Shown here: piece by piece, positions 26,431 through 41,806 of the stretch | How the letters are laid out: each line of letters opens with the position of its first letter | Position numbering within the stretch: the first letter of the stretch is position 1 | From: Octopus vulgaris | Taxonomy: Eukaryota | Direction of reading: 5' to 3' | DNA: 64,000 bases | Assembly (NCBI GenBank): GCA_951406725.2 | Contig: OX597827.1 | Coordinates: forward strand, 84,134,001 to 84,198,000 | The notes under the pieces: generated by a model | What the model was told of the DNA's origin: nothing | Seen by the model: only the letters and a program-made list of their open reading frames with translations | Database searches by the model: none | Position numbers and translations under genes: made by a program

Positions 26431-26466
26431 TGTAGTTGATAATTATAGTGTTTGAAGTAAACTTAC

Positions 26467-26694
26467 CTTGATAACTTTGAACTATTGAGACTACTGCAAA
26501 ATGATTGCAATTGAAGCCAGAACGCAGCAGAAACATCTGTGCTGTGGTGTTGGACCCTTCTGAGCCATAAGCATTTGATATGAAGACAAGAGAGCAACAG
26601 CCACCATAATGGCTATTAATATTGAACTTCAATGGAGCATAGCAACGTATGGGCCATTTGCTTTGGGCTGATGACCACAGGCAGCTATATTGTA
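26467..26694 (-). CDS. Exon 2; first half of repeat unit 1
   Basis: ctttag|TA...CAA G|gtaagt, phase 1-1. Encodes QYSCLWSSAQSKWPIRCYAPLKFNINSHYGGCCSLVFISNAYGSEGSNTTAQMFLLRSGFNCNHFAVVSIVQSYQG, which is homologous to the repeats in exon 3. Confidence 0.88.
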
Positions 26695-26934
26695 CTAAAG
26701 ATAGATAAAGAATAAATTACTAGGGGATGCCATCTACAAGAAAAACTATCAAGTTATAAGTATAAAACACCATTAGTTATGCAGTAAGGAAAATATGATG
26801 TTAACTATCATCTAATGATTAGAGAATCACTAATTAAGTGTACAATAGTCTATAAGAGTAGGCATGAAAAATGGTACATTTTACTTGACTGAAATAAATT
26901 GCTCAAAGGCATCCACTCTTATTTTCCAGACATG

Positions 26935-27014
<80 letters not shown>

Positions 27015-27025
27015 GTGTGTGTGTG

Positions 27026-27333
27026 GAGGCGCAATGGCCCAGTGGTTAGGGCAGCAGACTCGCGGTCGGAGGATCGCCGTTTCGATCCCCAGACCGGGCG
27101 TTGTGTGTGTTTATTGAGTGAAAACACCTAAAGCTCCACAAGGCTCTGGCAGGGGGTGGTGGCGATCCCTGCTGTACCCTTTTGCCACAACTTTCTCTCA
27201 CTCTTTCTTCTGCTTGGCCTTCTCACTTAGCCAGCGGGGTGGCGTCATTTGAAGGCTAGAACAATGTGAAGTGTATTGTGACCAGCGATGTGTAGCAACA
27301 TCTGATAGCCTGGTCGGTCACGGTGATCACGGT
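27026..27333 (+). mobile_element. tRNA-derived SINE
   Basis: A-box TGGCCCAGTGG, B-box-like GTTTCGATCCC and a tRNA-like head. The 3' part is repeated at 8583. Confidence 0.8.
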
Positions 27334-27549
27334 AATATATATGTATATACATACAGACATACACACATTATCCAGTGTGTCCTGCTTTGTTTAAGATGGT
27401 AAAATATGATTTGTGAGAGATTGATTTGGCTGCAATTTCTAGCAGGTTAAGAATTGCATCGTTAGGCACATATTTTATAGGGGTCTTCTTCTTTTCACGA
27501 AGTGCATGCATCTAACACTGAGGAGCACCCATTTCGGCATTACATGAAA

Positions 27550-27865
27550 ATCCCCAGTGCCTGTGCCACAGACATATAGACACCAGTGTTGGTGCCATGT
27601 AGATAAGCACTCGTGCTGATGCCACATAAAAAGCACTTGTATTGGTACCATGTAATTAAGCATTTATGCCAGTGTCACATAGCAAGTACCCATAACAGTG
27701 CACCCTGTAAAAAGCACCCCATAAAGTGCTTGACATTAGGAAGGGCATCCAGCCATAGAAACCATACAAAAACAGTGTGAAGCTCTCTAGCTAGCCAGCA
27801 CCTGTCCAACCCTCCAATCCATATCAGCATGCAATATAGGCATTAAATGATTACCATGATGATGG
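27550..27865 (+). mobile_element. Degraded RTE 3' UTR copy
   Basis: CACATAAAAGCAC units, ATTAGGAAGGGCATCCAGCCATAGAAA, and a terminal GATGATG. Confidence 0.65.
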
Positions 27866-28810
27866 TCTATAATCAAAGGGATTCCTGTGGTGATTATCTT
27901 ATCTTTTATTCATTCATAGTGTATCTAGGACTACACTATCTAATATATTTGACATTATGATTATTGTTGAGGCCAGTTCCAATCCAGTGGACCTTATGAG
28001 CCAATAGATTAAGTTCCATTTTTATTCCAATAGTATATCAAAGACAACATTATCTAATGTCTAATATTGTAATTAGTATTGGGTGTTGTAATTGTTGTTG
28101 TTATTTAATCTTGCTTAACCCTGACACAGCCAAGCTGTGATCTAAGAGGTTCCTGCCTTATTTTTTAAAATTATATTTTGATGAAAGATATTTTGTAAAC
28201 ATTTCACAACCTCTGTTAAAGTACAGAGCACATGCAACTTTCTGTCTCTGTCAGATACTCAGGTAATTACAGAACATCAACAGTTTATTTCATCTGGTTT
28301 TAGAAGATGTAATGATGGCTAAATGTGCTCTGTAATGCAAACAGGTAACATAGCAACTAATAAATACTGGGTTCTTATCTTATCTGTGATACTGCTGTTC
28401 TTATCTCTGCCTCAAATAATTGTTTTTAATGTTAAAATATTCTGAAGTTGTAAATTGCTTAGTGCTTTGACTGTGGGAAGTACTTATGACAGATGATCAT
28501 GGACAATAAGGAAGGAGGTCAGGTCACAAAATGCTAGGTCACACTAATCAGATGATGTGTCATCTGGTGTTATTTAGCCGTGTGTCAGCTCTGACTGAGC
28601 AAATATTTGATCAGAGTCATTCCAGCCATGAATGTTTCTAAGTCAGTAGTAACCTTCAATTGCATTGTCCAATATGTCTTTTCCTTTTCTGTCTGTGTTT
28701 TAAATTTTATTAGTCAAACTCTAAATTCATATATTTATCATCTCTAATATTACATTAAAATCTTAGACATTGATTCATTATTTTTGATTACCCAAGACAT
28801 TTCTACTTAC

Positions 28811-28991
28811 TGTTTTGCATTTGGTTAAATTCCATCTTAGAATTTTCTGGAAAAATGACCTTTGATGTTGACAAAATTTTCTTTTCTGGCTGATTAAAAT
28901 TTTCTGCAATATTCAGAATATCTCCAGAAAGGGAGTCTGTAGAATGGGGAGAATCTAAAGGTTTTGTTCTTACATCAACAGCCAATGGATC
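28811..28991 (-). CDS. Exon 1 (most 5' exon found); low-complexity linker
   Basis: ctactacag|GAT...AAC A|gtaagt, phase 0-1, in frame with exon 2. Encodes DPLAVDVRTKPLDSPHSTDSLSGDIL... It starts at an acceptor, so more exons lie upstream. Confidence 0.72.
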
Positions 28992-29514
28992 CTGTAGTAG
29001 AAGTAAATGGAATGATAAATTTTGGTATGAGATGTTATGTTGTCAGACTATCAGACATTTTTCCATGGGAATTCTAATCAATATGATTATAAATTCCAAA
29101 TTTTATTTAATTTGCTTTGCGGGAAGGACTGTTTCAACAAAGTCGCGTCTTGCCCTTGCCTTCAGAATGTGGAGTAGATGAAACAGGGACAACTGAAAAA
29201 GGGGAATATTCTTTATGTTGTATGTCATGTTTCTCTGTTTGTTTGTTTTTTGTTGTTCGAAAAAAATTTGTTTCTATGTTTTTGTTTTTATGTTTTCATT
29301 TCTCATTGTGTTCAACGTTTTTTTTTATGTCCTGTACCCATATATGCATGTATATATACATATATATGTAGGTATGTACATATATGTATATATGCATATA
29401 TTTATATATTATTTATATTATCAAATGATCGAATGCCACGCATCCTTTTCCATGTACACATATATATACATATGTATACATATACATATATACACACACA
29501 CACCTGTATATATA

Positions 29515-29678
29515 GGTGCAGGTGTGGCTGTGTAGTAAGAAACTTGGTTCCAAAACACATGGTCCTGGGTTCAGTCCCACTGTGTGATGACTTAGCATGT
29601 GTCTTCTGCTGTAGCCTCAGACCAGCCAATGCCTTGTCAGTGGATTTTATAGACAAAAACTGAAAGAAATCAATCATG

Positions 29679-29719
<41 letters not shown>

Positions 29720-29850
29720 ATGTAAGTGTATGTGCATGTCATTGTGTCTGTGTTTCTCCCTCATCACTGCTTAACAACTGCTGTTGGTTTATTTACATCC
29801 CCATAGCTTACTGGTTTGACAAAAAGAAACTGATAGAATAAGTGCCAGGT
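29515..29850 (+). mobile_element. tRNA-derived SINE (degraded)
   Basis: GTGGCTGTGTAGTAAG..GGGTTCAGTCCCAC head with A/B-box-like motifs. Confidence 0.6.
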
Positions 29851-30002
29851 TTATCAAGATAACAAAAGCACTAGGCAGTGTCTCATATTTTTGTTTGCCC
29901 ATTCAATTGTATCTGTCAATCTATTTTTTTGTGTGTATATGTATATATATATATAATACACACACACACACATATACATGGATGTATATGTACATATTCA
30001 TA

Positions 30003-30400
30003 TCTGTTATATAAAATTCAATGTCTTTATGTCTGTTACTTATACATTCGAAAACTGCTGCACCGATCCTAATGAAATTTGGAACCCAAAATCCAAGCCT
30101 AAGGAGAAGGGTAATGCTGTATCTTTCATACAATTTCATGGACCAAAATTACTGAATGGATCCTTATAATATTTGGAACTTAGATTCAATGCATAAGGGT
30201 GGTGAGATGGCTTAAAGGGGGGCAGAACCACACCATGAAAATTCATAAATTTTCGATGTTGATGAAATTCCAACCATGAGTAATTGGCACACATCAAGAA
30301 GTATTCCTAAAGTTCCCACTTCTCTTGATGATTCTAACCATAGATATTAGACCATAGATATTAGACACAAATGATGTAATATTTCTAAAATTTCAACTTA
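30003..30400 (+). mobile_element. Probable Helitron 5' end remnant
   Basis: TCTGTTATATAAAA...GTCTGT...CCGATCCTAATGAAATTTGG resembles the 5' ends of the other Helitrons in the window. Confidence 0.4.
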
Positions 30401-31201
30401 ATGGGGACTTAACACCCACAATTTAGTCATTTTTCTTAAGCAAAGATTAATACAATTGTACTCTTGGAAGTTGTAGGGTCACCTGAGCATAAAAGATGAG
30501 CATTGTCATTCAATGGTACAACAGTGTAAGACTTTGCTTTGAGATATACTTAGATTGTGATTTCTGCAATGTCGTGCATAAATTGTCAAGTAAAGGAGAA
30601 ACATCTTTGCCTCCACTGATTCAGTTGCAATGTGTTGAGCAAAGTTATTTGGTTGCAGACCTCCTTTGAGTCTTTTTATTACCACTGGGTCACAGATAGT
30701 CCCCAGATGGTAACATTGATTTCAGGGCCTTCCCAGATGAGTTACTGGTCATTCTAAGAGATTTATAGATTGCAAACTTATTCTGTCCAGTTACCTATTG
30801 ACATAGTGATCATTGGCAAACTCCAGAGGTAATATTTTCATTTCCCCTTAGTCCTCATGTCATACAGTTGTTAATGTTTATTTGAGTTGGGTCATGCCCT
30901 TCCAATTGCTATAGATCAGTAGTGCATCTTATGGCTGTGCCTGTCACTTGTATGGTGAGGAATCCTACATTGGAGAGAATAGCTGACTGCTTATTGTGAT
31001 CATTTGTCTTTTGGTTTCCTGTAGCTTTACTTTCTTTGACAAACCCATCTCATTTCGGAAAATCAGCAGAACTAATTTTACAGAGAATTTATGTCTTGAG
31101 TATGTACATGAGTGTTAGTTGAAAAAAACCTAGAGTTGAGTGGGGAAGACAACTTACTTTTATTATCTGTATGTGTGTGTACTGATGTATGTGTGTGGTG
31201 T

Positions 31202-31241
<40 letters not shown>

Positions 31242-31585
31242 GTGTGCACACATGTGTGCGCACAGGTGCGTGTGTATCTGATGAACTTTTGAAGGCTTCA
31301 TTACAGAAAGAAAAAGAAGAAAAAGTTAAGACAGGAAAGAAAGAACAGGGGTTTGTATTCTTAAAGTCAGTTGCTATGTAGCTGTTGAAGTTAAAGACAA
31401 TTCAAGATGTCAGTTTTGTTTTAATCATTGTTTTGAAAGTGTCACGTTCTGTCTCATTATATACATATTAACATGTATGTAACTATACACATACATATTA
31501 CACAAACATACACACAGATAATATATATATATATATATATATATTTACATCTATGCATGTGTGTGTGCGTATATATGTGTGTGTG

Positions 31586-31626
<41 letters not shown>

Positions 31627-31629
31627 TCA

Positions 31630-32530
31630 TCATTTCTTGCGAGCTTACGCATATCCTCAGCAGTCACGGCCCATGTTTCACTACCATGTAGCATGGCTGT
31701 ACGTACACATGCATCATACAGTCTGCCTTTTACTCTGAGCGAGAGGCCTTTTGTCACCAGCAGGGGTAAGAGCTCTCTAAACTTTGACCAGGCTATTCTT
31801 ACTTTAGCAGTAACACTTTCAGCACACCCACACCCGCTACTGACTTGGTCTCCTAGGTAGCGGAAGCTATCAACTACTTCTAGTTTGTCTCCCTGGAACG
31901 TGGTAGAAGTTGGTCTCTGCACATTTCCAGTGTTTATTTCTCCTGAGCATCTGCCACATACGAAAACTATCTTCCCAGTTAGCCTACCTTTGACATTGCT
32001 GCACCTCTTATGTGTCCATAGCTTACACTTGGTGCACCTTATAGAGTTTCTACCTACACCTTTTTTACAGATCGAGCAGGGCCATCTACCTGAAGTCGTT
32101 TGTGGTTGGTCCACCTTCCTACTTATTAGGACTTTGGTTTTGGCTAGGTTGATTCTAAGGCCCTTCGATTCTATTCCTTGTTTCCACACCTGAAACTTCT
32201 CCTCCAGTTCTGATAGTGACTCAGCAATTAGAGCAAGGTCATCAGCATAGAGGAGCTCCCAGGGGTATCCTGTCTTGAATTCTTCCGTTATTGCCTGGAG
32301 GACTATGATAAATAGGAGGGGCTGAGGACTGAACCTTGGTGGACCCCAACCTCTACCCGGAATTCTTCACTGTACTCGTTGCCAACCCTCACCTTACTAG
32401 CAGCGTCTCTATACATATGTATATATATATTAGTTTCCTCATTGACCACCAGATGGATTGTCAAAGGCTTTCTCTAAGTCAAAAAAGTTTTGATTTTTTG
32501 GCTATATTTCTCCTGCAGCTGTCTTACCAG
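31630..32530 (-). mobile_element. Second RTE RT copy with PHD-like finger, truncated
   Basis: ORF 31551..32189 is closely similar to ORF 2..1201. The LLYADD region is at about 32240-32260. It is cut by microsatellite at about 31630 and decays into TA-rich noise after about 32410. Confidence 0.92.
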
Positions 32531-32880
32531 AATTTTAGTACTTTTCTGTCTAATATATCATCTAATTATCTCTGTAATTAACTGTATATATATATTCCTA
32601 TATTGTAATTATTTTTAATAGTGTCTTTACCTTTTATTTGTATCTAGCATCTCCTTATTTATACTTTATTATGTGTTATTACACATATATATATATGTAT
32701 ATATATATCCTATATATTTTGATATTCTTTATTCCTATATATTTGATATATATATGATATCTAAGTATATTTTCCTTTTATCTATATGCTTCTCTATTTC
32801 ACCCCAACCCCAACCTTATTGATATATATATCTTTATATATTGATATTTTCTATATTCACATTTATATAGTATATATATG

Positions 32881-32912
<32 letters not shown>

Positions 32913-32998
32913 ATATATATGTATATATATTCTATATTCCTTTTCTTATATAACTGTTTATATATATATATATATCCTATATATAGTCTGATATATAT

Positions 32999-33040
<42 letters not shown>

Positions 33041-33160
33041 CTGTATATATATATATATATATATATTTTATATATATACTATATATACACTATATTCTTT
33101 ATATATATATATAGATATATATATATACCCTATATATATATATATATATTTCATATATAT

Positions 33161-33235
<75 letters not shown>

Positions 33236-33259
33236 ATATATATATTCTATATATATCAC

Positions 33260-33306
<47 letters not shown>

Positions 33307-36029
33307 TATATATATATATATATTGTATATATATATGTATATTTTGGCATTATATAAGCAGCCATCTTTCCTTTTTCTGGCAAGGATGTAGTCGATTATG
33401 ATATATATAGTGACCAGGTTTGTTGGTTTCCTGAAGTTAGTGTTATTAACTATATATCGCATATATATATATATATATGTGTATATAAGTGTATATATAT
33501 CCATATATTTACATATATATACCTATATAATACATATAAATATGTCGTTATTTTCTTTTTTTTTTTATATATATGTATATATAGATATATAGGTGTATAT
33601 ATATTCTATATAAGCACTATATAATCTATATATAATGGATATTTATATATATCACTATTATGTATATATATATCATTTATATTTTATATTGTATTATTTC
33701 ATCAGTTTTATGTTTTTTGTATTTTGTTTAAAGCATATCCTCCTCTCCACCTTATTTCTTATACAACATAAAACACGTCTCCGTTCAAATTTATTCCTTA
33801 CCTTTCAGTTTTTTCATATTAATATATATATTTTATATTTATATACCTATAAGAAGAAAACTCGATTTAGATATATTCATACAAAAGCAATGAACTTAAG
33901 TTCAACCTGTTACACTGCACTAACATGCTTTTGTATGGTCACCACCATATATATTTGGTATTTTTAAGGCCTTTAGGTGTTCATGGAAGAAAAGCAAAGG
34001 AGGGCAAGGTGAGATAAGGACTATACTATGTGAGGGCGGGCGCACTATATATAATACGATATTATAGTGTAAGAAATGGCAGATTTGAGATGGATATATT
34101 TGCTATTTTTTTTTCTATTTTTGTGTTATATTGTTATATTTACGACAGAAAACCAGATTTGAGACTATATTTGTTTTTTTTTTTTTATAAGTTTTATGTT
34201 ATATTTTGTTTTTCACATATATTATAGCATTTATACACAATATATAACGATAATATATGGATACAATATATTATGGATATATAATAATACTTGCAAAAAT
34301 AAAAGGGATATAATATATTTTAATATATTTATATATTATATATTTTTTAGTTTATATTATACACATATATATATATATATATATTTTTTTTTTATTGTGA
34401 TATATATAGTATATAAGGATATATATATACTATATATTCAGAGAGAGAGAGATATATATACAGATACAGAGATATATATATACAAAAGAGATATATATAG
34501 GATATATATAGATATATATAATAAAAACATATATGGATTTATAAAAAGACAATATATAACATATATTTGTTATAATGTATTTTCTATATTTTGAAATAGG
34601 TTATAAGATATATTAAGCGACATATATATATTATATATATATATTTTTTGCGGTCGTGTGAATAAGTTTTTGTGACTTATATACTATAAACATTTGAGAC
34701 GAAGGACAACGATAACGATAATATATGGGGACACAATAATAAGGCTTGATGGTGATAATAATACTTGCAAAAACAATGAAAGAGGGACAGGTCGTGAACT
34801 TAAACATATATATATATAATTTGTATATATAATGCGTACACAACACACACACACACACATATATATATACATATATATAATGTGTTTTATGTATATAAAC
34901 ATATATAAATAAATATGTTATATATTCTGAAAAATACACTTATATATATGTTTAAATGTATTTAATGTAACATAAATACATTTCAACATTTTTTATATAT
35001 TTTTGAATATTTTATTATATATATATATCTTTTTAAATATATAAAAAAATATAAATATATATATATATAATATATTTTGTCACAAATGACTATATATTGT
35101 ATATATACAGGTATATATATACTATATATAATATATATAAAATATATTAATATATTTTATTCAAAATCGCATAGAAAACCCTAATATTCAATTGGGTATA
35201 CAACAAAATTTTATGATAGAATTTGTTATTCTGGTAACTTTCTGATACCCATAATAATATTTATGGCAAAATAGTCTTAATTTCATTTAAGGTTGTGGGA
35301 AACAACTAACTATCCTTTCTTTTTGTTTACAAACGTAACGGTTCGTTTCCGCCATAATGATTTACAAATATAAATATAAAAAGTAAATATATGTATATAT
35401 ATTTATATAGGAAAAGTCTATATATATTTTCTTTCAAAAACACCGAAAGAAACAAATTTTGTATATTTTTATATTATTTTCATTTTCTTTATGTTTATAT
35501 TCACTTTTCACTTTCGGAAAAAAACATCATATTCATTATCAAATACACATTTTTTTTTTTATGTATATTTTCATTTATCAATATATATACATATATATAT
35601 ATGATATATATGATATATTATATATGAAATTTGTATTTTTGTCAGATACAAAGTTTGAAAACACATAAGAAATTTTGGAATTAAAATTACATTAAAAAAC
35701 ACTTCAGGAAAAAAATTATTTCTCTCATGAATTTGGTAATAAAGAATTTTGATAATAAAATGGTATATTTTGGTATAAAAAAAAATGATATTTTTATTTA
35801 AATGAAATAAAGTTGAAATAGTATTATATATAAATTATATCACCAAATAGCAGCTGCTTTGGCATCGAGATTAAAATTTAAAGGAGCTGGTGTCTAGGAA
35901 TTCCTGTCTGTTACACCAAGATAAAAAATTTGCCCACAGCTTTAATCGTCAAGCCGTCCTGCAGAGGGTGGATACAGATGCTTGCCATGGTGATCTCTTC
36001 CTGTCGAGAAATGAACATTCAAAACTTGG

Positions 36030-36165
36030 TGTTTACGAACTCTCATGCACCAAATAGCAGCTAGCTAGAAAGCCTCCATGAAGTGAAACCAAGTAGCAAC
36101 ACAAAATGGCGGTGCCCCAGCATGGCCACAGCTCATAAGCTGAAACTAGAATCAATCAATCAATC

Positions 36166-36167
<2 letters not shown>
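36030..36167 (+). mobile_element. CR1-like LINE 3' end (mirror of 37125-37260)
   Basis: GGCGGTGCCCCAGCATGGCCACAGCTCATAAGCTGAAACTAG(AATC)n. Confidence 0.8.
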
Positions 36168-37123
<956 letters not shown>

Positions 37124-37742
37124 GATTGATTGATTGATTGATTGATTCTAGTTTCAACTTATGAGCTGTGGCCATGCTGGGGCACCGCCATTTGGTGTTG
37201 CTACTTGGTTTCACTTCATGGAGGCTTTCTAGCAACTGCTATTTGGTGCATGAGAGAGTTCGATGCAGCTGCCCTCATCTGCCCCTCCTGCCGTGAAGTT
37301 GGTTCATCTGGGACACCTGACAGGAAGAGATCCAGCTTCATTTTAAAGACATCTGTATCCACCCCATGCAGGTCTCTGAGGTTCTTCGGGAGGATATTGA
37401 AGAGCTGTGGGCCTCGGAAGCCCAGGCTATCACAGAATCTTGTCCTACATCTTGATGGCAGGTTTGGAGTCCCAGGCACCACGCAGTGGCGCCCAGTTCT
37501 GGCATTTGCGTAACTCTCGATGCCAAAGTTCAGGACACTTCCTCCAGGATCTTCCAGATGTATATTATGGCATATCTTCCCGCCTACGCTCCAGGGAATA
37601 TAATTTTAATCTCTTGAGTCTTTCCCAGTAGCTTACATTCTGCATAGAGGCTATCTTCTTTGTGTAGCTTCGTTGGATCGCCTCAAGTTCTGTGATCAAC
37701 TTGACACTGGATGGTGACCACAGCTGAGAGCAATAGTCAAAG
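37124..37742 (-). mobile_element. 5'-truncated CR1-clade LINE (RT C-terminus, 3' UTR, (AATC)n tail)
   Basis: DYCSQLWSP...[18 protein letters not shown] and FRGPQLFNILP...FKMKLDLFLSGVPDEP. Confidence 0.9.
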
Positions 37743-37856
37743 TGTATATATGTATATATATATATGTATATATATATATGTATATATATATATGTATATA
37801 TATATATGTATATATATACATGTATATATATACATGTATATATATATATGTATATG

Positions 37857-37889
<33 letters not shown>

Positions 37890-37964
37890 ATATACGTATA
37901 TATATATGTATATATATATGTATATATATATGTATATATATATGTATATATATATATGTATATA

Positions 37965-38009
<45 letters not shown>

Positions 38010-38058
38010 GTATATGTATATATGTATATATGTATATATATATATGTATATATATATG

Positions 38059-38089
<31 letters not shown>

Positions 38090-38092
<3 letters not shown>

Positions 38093-38566
38093 GGAACTCA
38101 ATTTGTACTCCTTGGAACGAAGACGAGAGGGATATGCAGTGATATACATATGGAAAATCCTGGAGGGACTAGCACCAAATTTTGGAATTGAGAGCTGTTC
38201 CAATCCCCGTACAGGACGTCACTGTGTGGTGCCAAAGGTCCCGTCTTCCACATCCAGGGTAAGGAGCAGATACTGTAATAGCCTGGGGTTCAGGGGCCCT
38301 CAGCTTTTCAACAAACTGCCAAGAAAACTAAGAGATCTACATGATGCGGATGTGGACATTTTCAAAAAACATCTAGACAAGCTGCTTTCCGGGATCCCAG
38401 ATGAACCCACTGCAAGGTACGAAGGTAACCTAAGGGCAGCAGCTACAAACTCTCTCTTAGATCAGTGGCCAGCCACGGCAAACTGGACTTAGAGAGGGTA
38501 GCAACAAGGGCGGTGCCCCAGCATGGCCTCAGCCGGATGGCTGAAACAAGTAAAAGAGTAAAAGAG
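38090..38566 (+). mobile_element. 5'-truncated CR1-clade LINE, related subfamily
   Basis: [21 protein letters not shown]...RGPQLFNKLP..FKKHLDKLLSGIPDEP. 3' end GCGGTGCCCCAGCATGGCC..GAAACAAGTAAAAGAG. Confidence 0.9.
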
Positions 38567-39405
<839 letters not shown>

Positions 39406-39489
39406 TACTTTGATACTTTGATAGGTTTCGGCCATTATTGGCCCAGGCCATGTCTAACTTAATAGCACCACCTGGTGAAGTCTTTCAAG

Positions 39490-41685
39490 TCAGAATTTGG
39501 GCACTATGGCCCACTCAAGTAGAGAGTTATTGTTTACAGAGACATATCCGGGTGTAGGGGGTTTATCCGGGATTTCTTGAAGGAATCTGTCCAAAGACTT
39601 CTTGAACCCTATAGGGTCAGTTTCTGTTTTAATGTGTTTTGGTGTAATGTTAAAGAGAGCGGGGCCAATTGAGGTGAAATAATTGTGCCGTATTGTTGTT
39701 ATGAGATGAGAGTGCGATTTTTGTTTTGGGCGGATGGCACGGGCCCCAAGCCTTGGATGTACCTTAAAGGTGATGCCAACATCATTTGGGCAATGCTGAT
39801 GGAATATTTTCCACATCATGCAGATGATGTAGCGCTCATGACGACGTTGGAGAGAATAGAGTTTTAGCTTTTCTAGTCGACCCCAATAGTCGAGGACTGT
39901 CATGCCATCTATCTTTTTTGTGATTGCCCTTTGAGGTGCTTCAACTTTTATGATACCTTGTATTGTGTGGGGAGACCACAGTGGACAACAGTATTCAAGG
40001 TGGGGTTGGGCAAAAGTGGAGAAGAGAAGGATAATGGTGTGGATATCTCTCGACTGGAAAGTTCTGAGAATCCAGGAACACATTCTGCGGGCCATGTCAA
40101 CTTTGGTGTTTATATGAGTGGCCCAGCTTATGTTGTTGTCCACAATTACTCCCAAGTCTCTGATGTTGTTGGACGCCGCGAGAGTTTCACCTGAAGGAAG
40201 GGAGTATGGGAGTTTCAGGGCATCCTCTTTTCCAAAGTGGATTAGCTCAAATTTATCCTCGTTCAGCAGCATATTGTTTTTTTCTGCCCATTGGATAACA
40301 GCCAGTAGATCTGACTGAAGGCATGTCCGGTCACTCGCCTCATTTATGACCTTCTGTAGCTTGGAGTCATCTGCAAAGATTTTTATGTTGCTGTGCTTGA
40401 TGATGTCATTAATGTCATTAATGTAGATGATGAAAAGAAGTGGGCCCAGCACAGTGCCTTGCGGAACGCCACTACTGACTTTGGCTGGGCTTGATTTTAC
40501 CCCTTCAACTACAACATGTTGAGATCTGTCTGTCAGGAAACACTTGATCCATTTCAGTAACTTTCCAGAGACACCAATGTTGGATAGTTTTTTCAATAGG
40601 ATCTTGTGATCAACCCTGTCGAAGGCCTTACTGAAATCAAGGTAGATGACATCGGTGTTGGAGCCCTCTCCCAAAGCTCTCAAAATGTCATCAAAGTGAT
40701 GCAGGAGCTGCGTTAGGCAGTCCCTTCCATTACGGAACCCATGTTGGTTGGAGATCAGCCGTCTGTTGCTTTCCAGAAATTGGGTTATTCGAGATCTCAC
40801 CACCCTCTCAAATACCTTGATGATATGAGAGGTGAGTGAGATCGGACGGTAATTCACTGCAAGGGACTTGTTTCCCTTTTTGAAAACTGGGACAACAGAC
40901 TGGGACAGAAGGTTTCTTGGAATATAGCCAGCATCCAGTGAGTTTCTCCACAGATTAGCAAGGGGAGATGCAAGTTGGTGTCGACACACCTTCAGGACAC
41001 AAGCAGGGAACCTATCGGGGCCTACTGCTGAATTGTGTTTTATTTCGTTTATCGCCGCTAAGACATCAGGGGCACTAAACGTTATGTCCGATATAGTGTG
41101 TTGGGGGTTGACATCACTGATACAGCCCAGATCGGCCATATCAGGATTGCTGAAAACAGAGCAGTATTGTTTCTGCAGTATCTCGGCCATGGATTTGGCA
41201 TTATCTTGGAGAGTGCCAGTTTCGTCAATTAGAGGGCCTACAGTGGAGACAGTGACCCTGCATTTCCTCGCAAATGAAAAGAACACTTTGGGGTTGAGTT
41301 TGATTTTTTCAATGGCCCACTTCTCCTCAGCTGATCTTTGGTTATTGATGAGGGTCTTCATGCATTGTTGGAGGTTATATTTTTTGGATTCAAGCAGTGC
41401 GATAGCCGTCGAATGTGTGTGTTGCTGTTGGCAGTACTTTAGTTTGTTAATTTTTTTGTTTGTTCTTTTTATTTTTCTGATAATGGTTTTTCTGTTTTGG
41501 GGGATTCTGCACTTTTTGTTCACAGGTCTTGGTGGGGAGTGTTTTGCACATATGTCTGTGACGGTGTCTACAAAGATCTGCCAAGATGTTTTATGGTTGG
41601 TGGAGATGTGTGTATGTGTAAAGGACCAGTCAACATTTGATAGCTCATTCCTGATTGCATCCCAGTTGGCTTTATGGAGATCCAT
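39490..41685 (-). mobile_element. CR1-clade LINE ORF2 (RT domain), 731 aa uninterrupted; 5' part runs into the gap
   Basis: GPD, NYRPISLTS, QHGFR, YLDFSKAFDRV, SGVPQGTVLGP, FADD, RDLGV, LEYCCPLWSP, LYSLQRR. Confidence 0.95.
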
Positions 41686-41706
41686 GTTGTCAAATGGGTG
41701 GGCTGG

Positions 41707-41806
41707 NNNNNNNNNNNNNNNNNNNNNNNNNNNNNNNNNNNNNNNNNNNNNNNNNNNNNNNNNNNNNNNNNNNNNNNNNNNNNNNNNNNNNNNNNNNNNN
41801 NNNNNN
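41707..41806. other. Assembly gap (100 N)
   Basis: Run of N. Confidence 1.

Noticed and set aside
27026-27100. tRNA gene
   Set aside because: The tRNA-like head continues into a SINE body that is repeated elsewhere, and the cloverleaf is imperfect.
29000-32400. F-box or start exon of the lectin gene
   Set aside because: I found no convincing exon ending in phase 0 and no F-box motif by eye. It may lie in the corrupted region or the gap.
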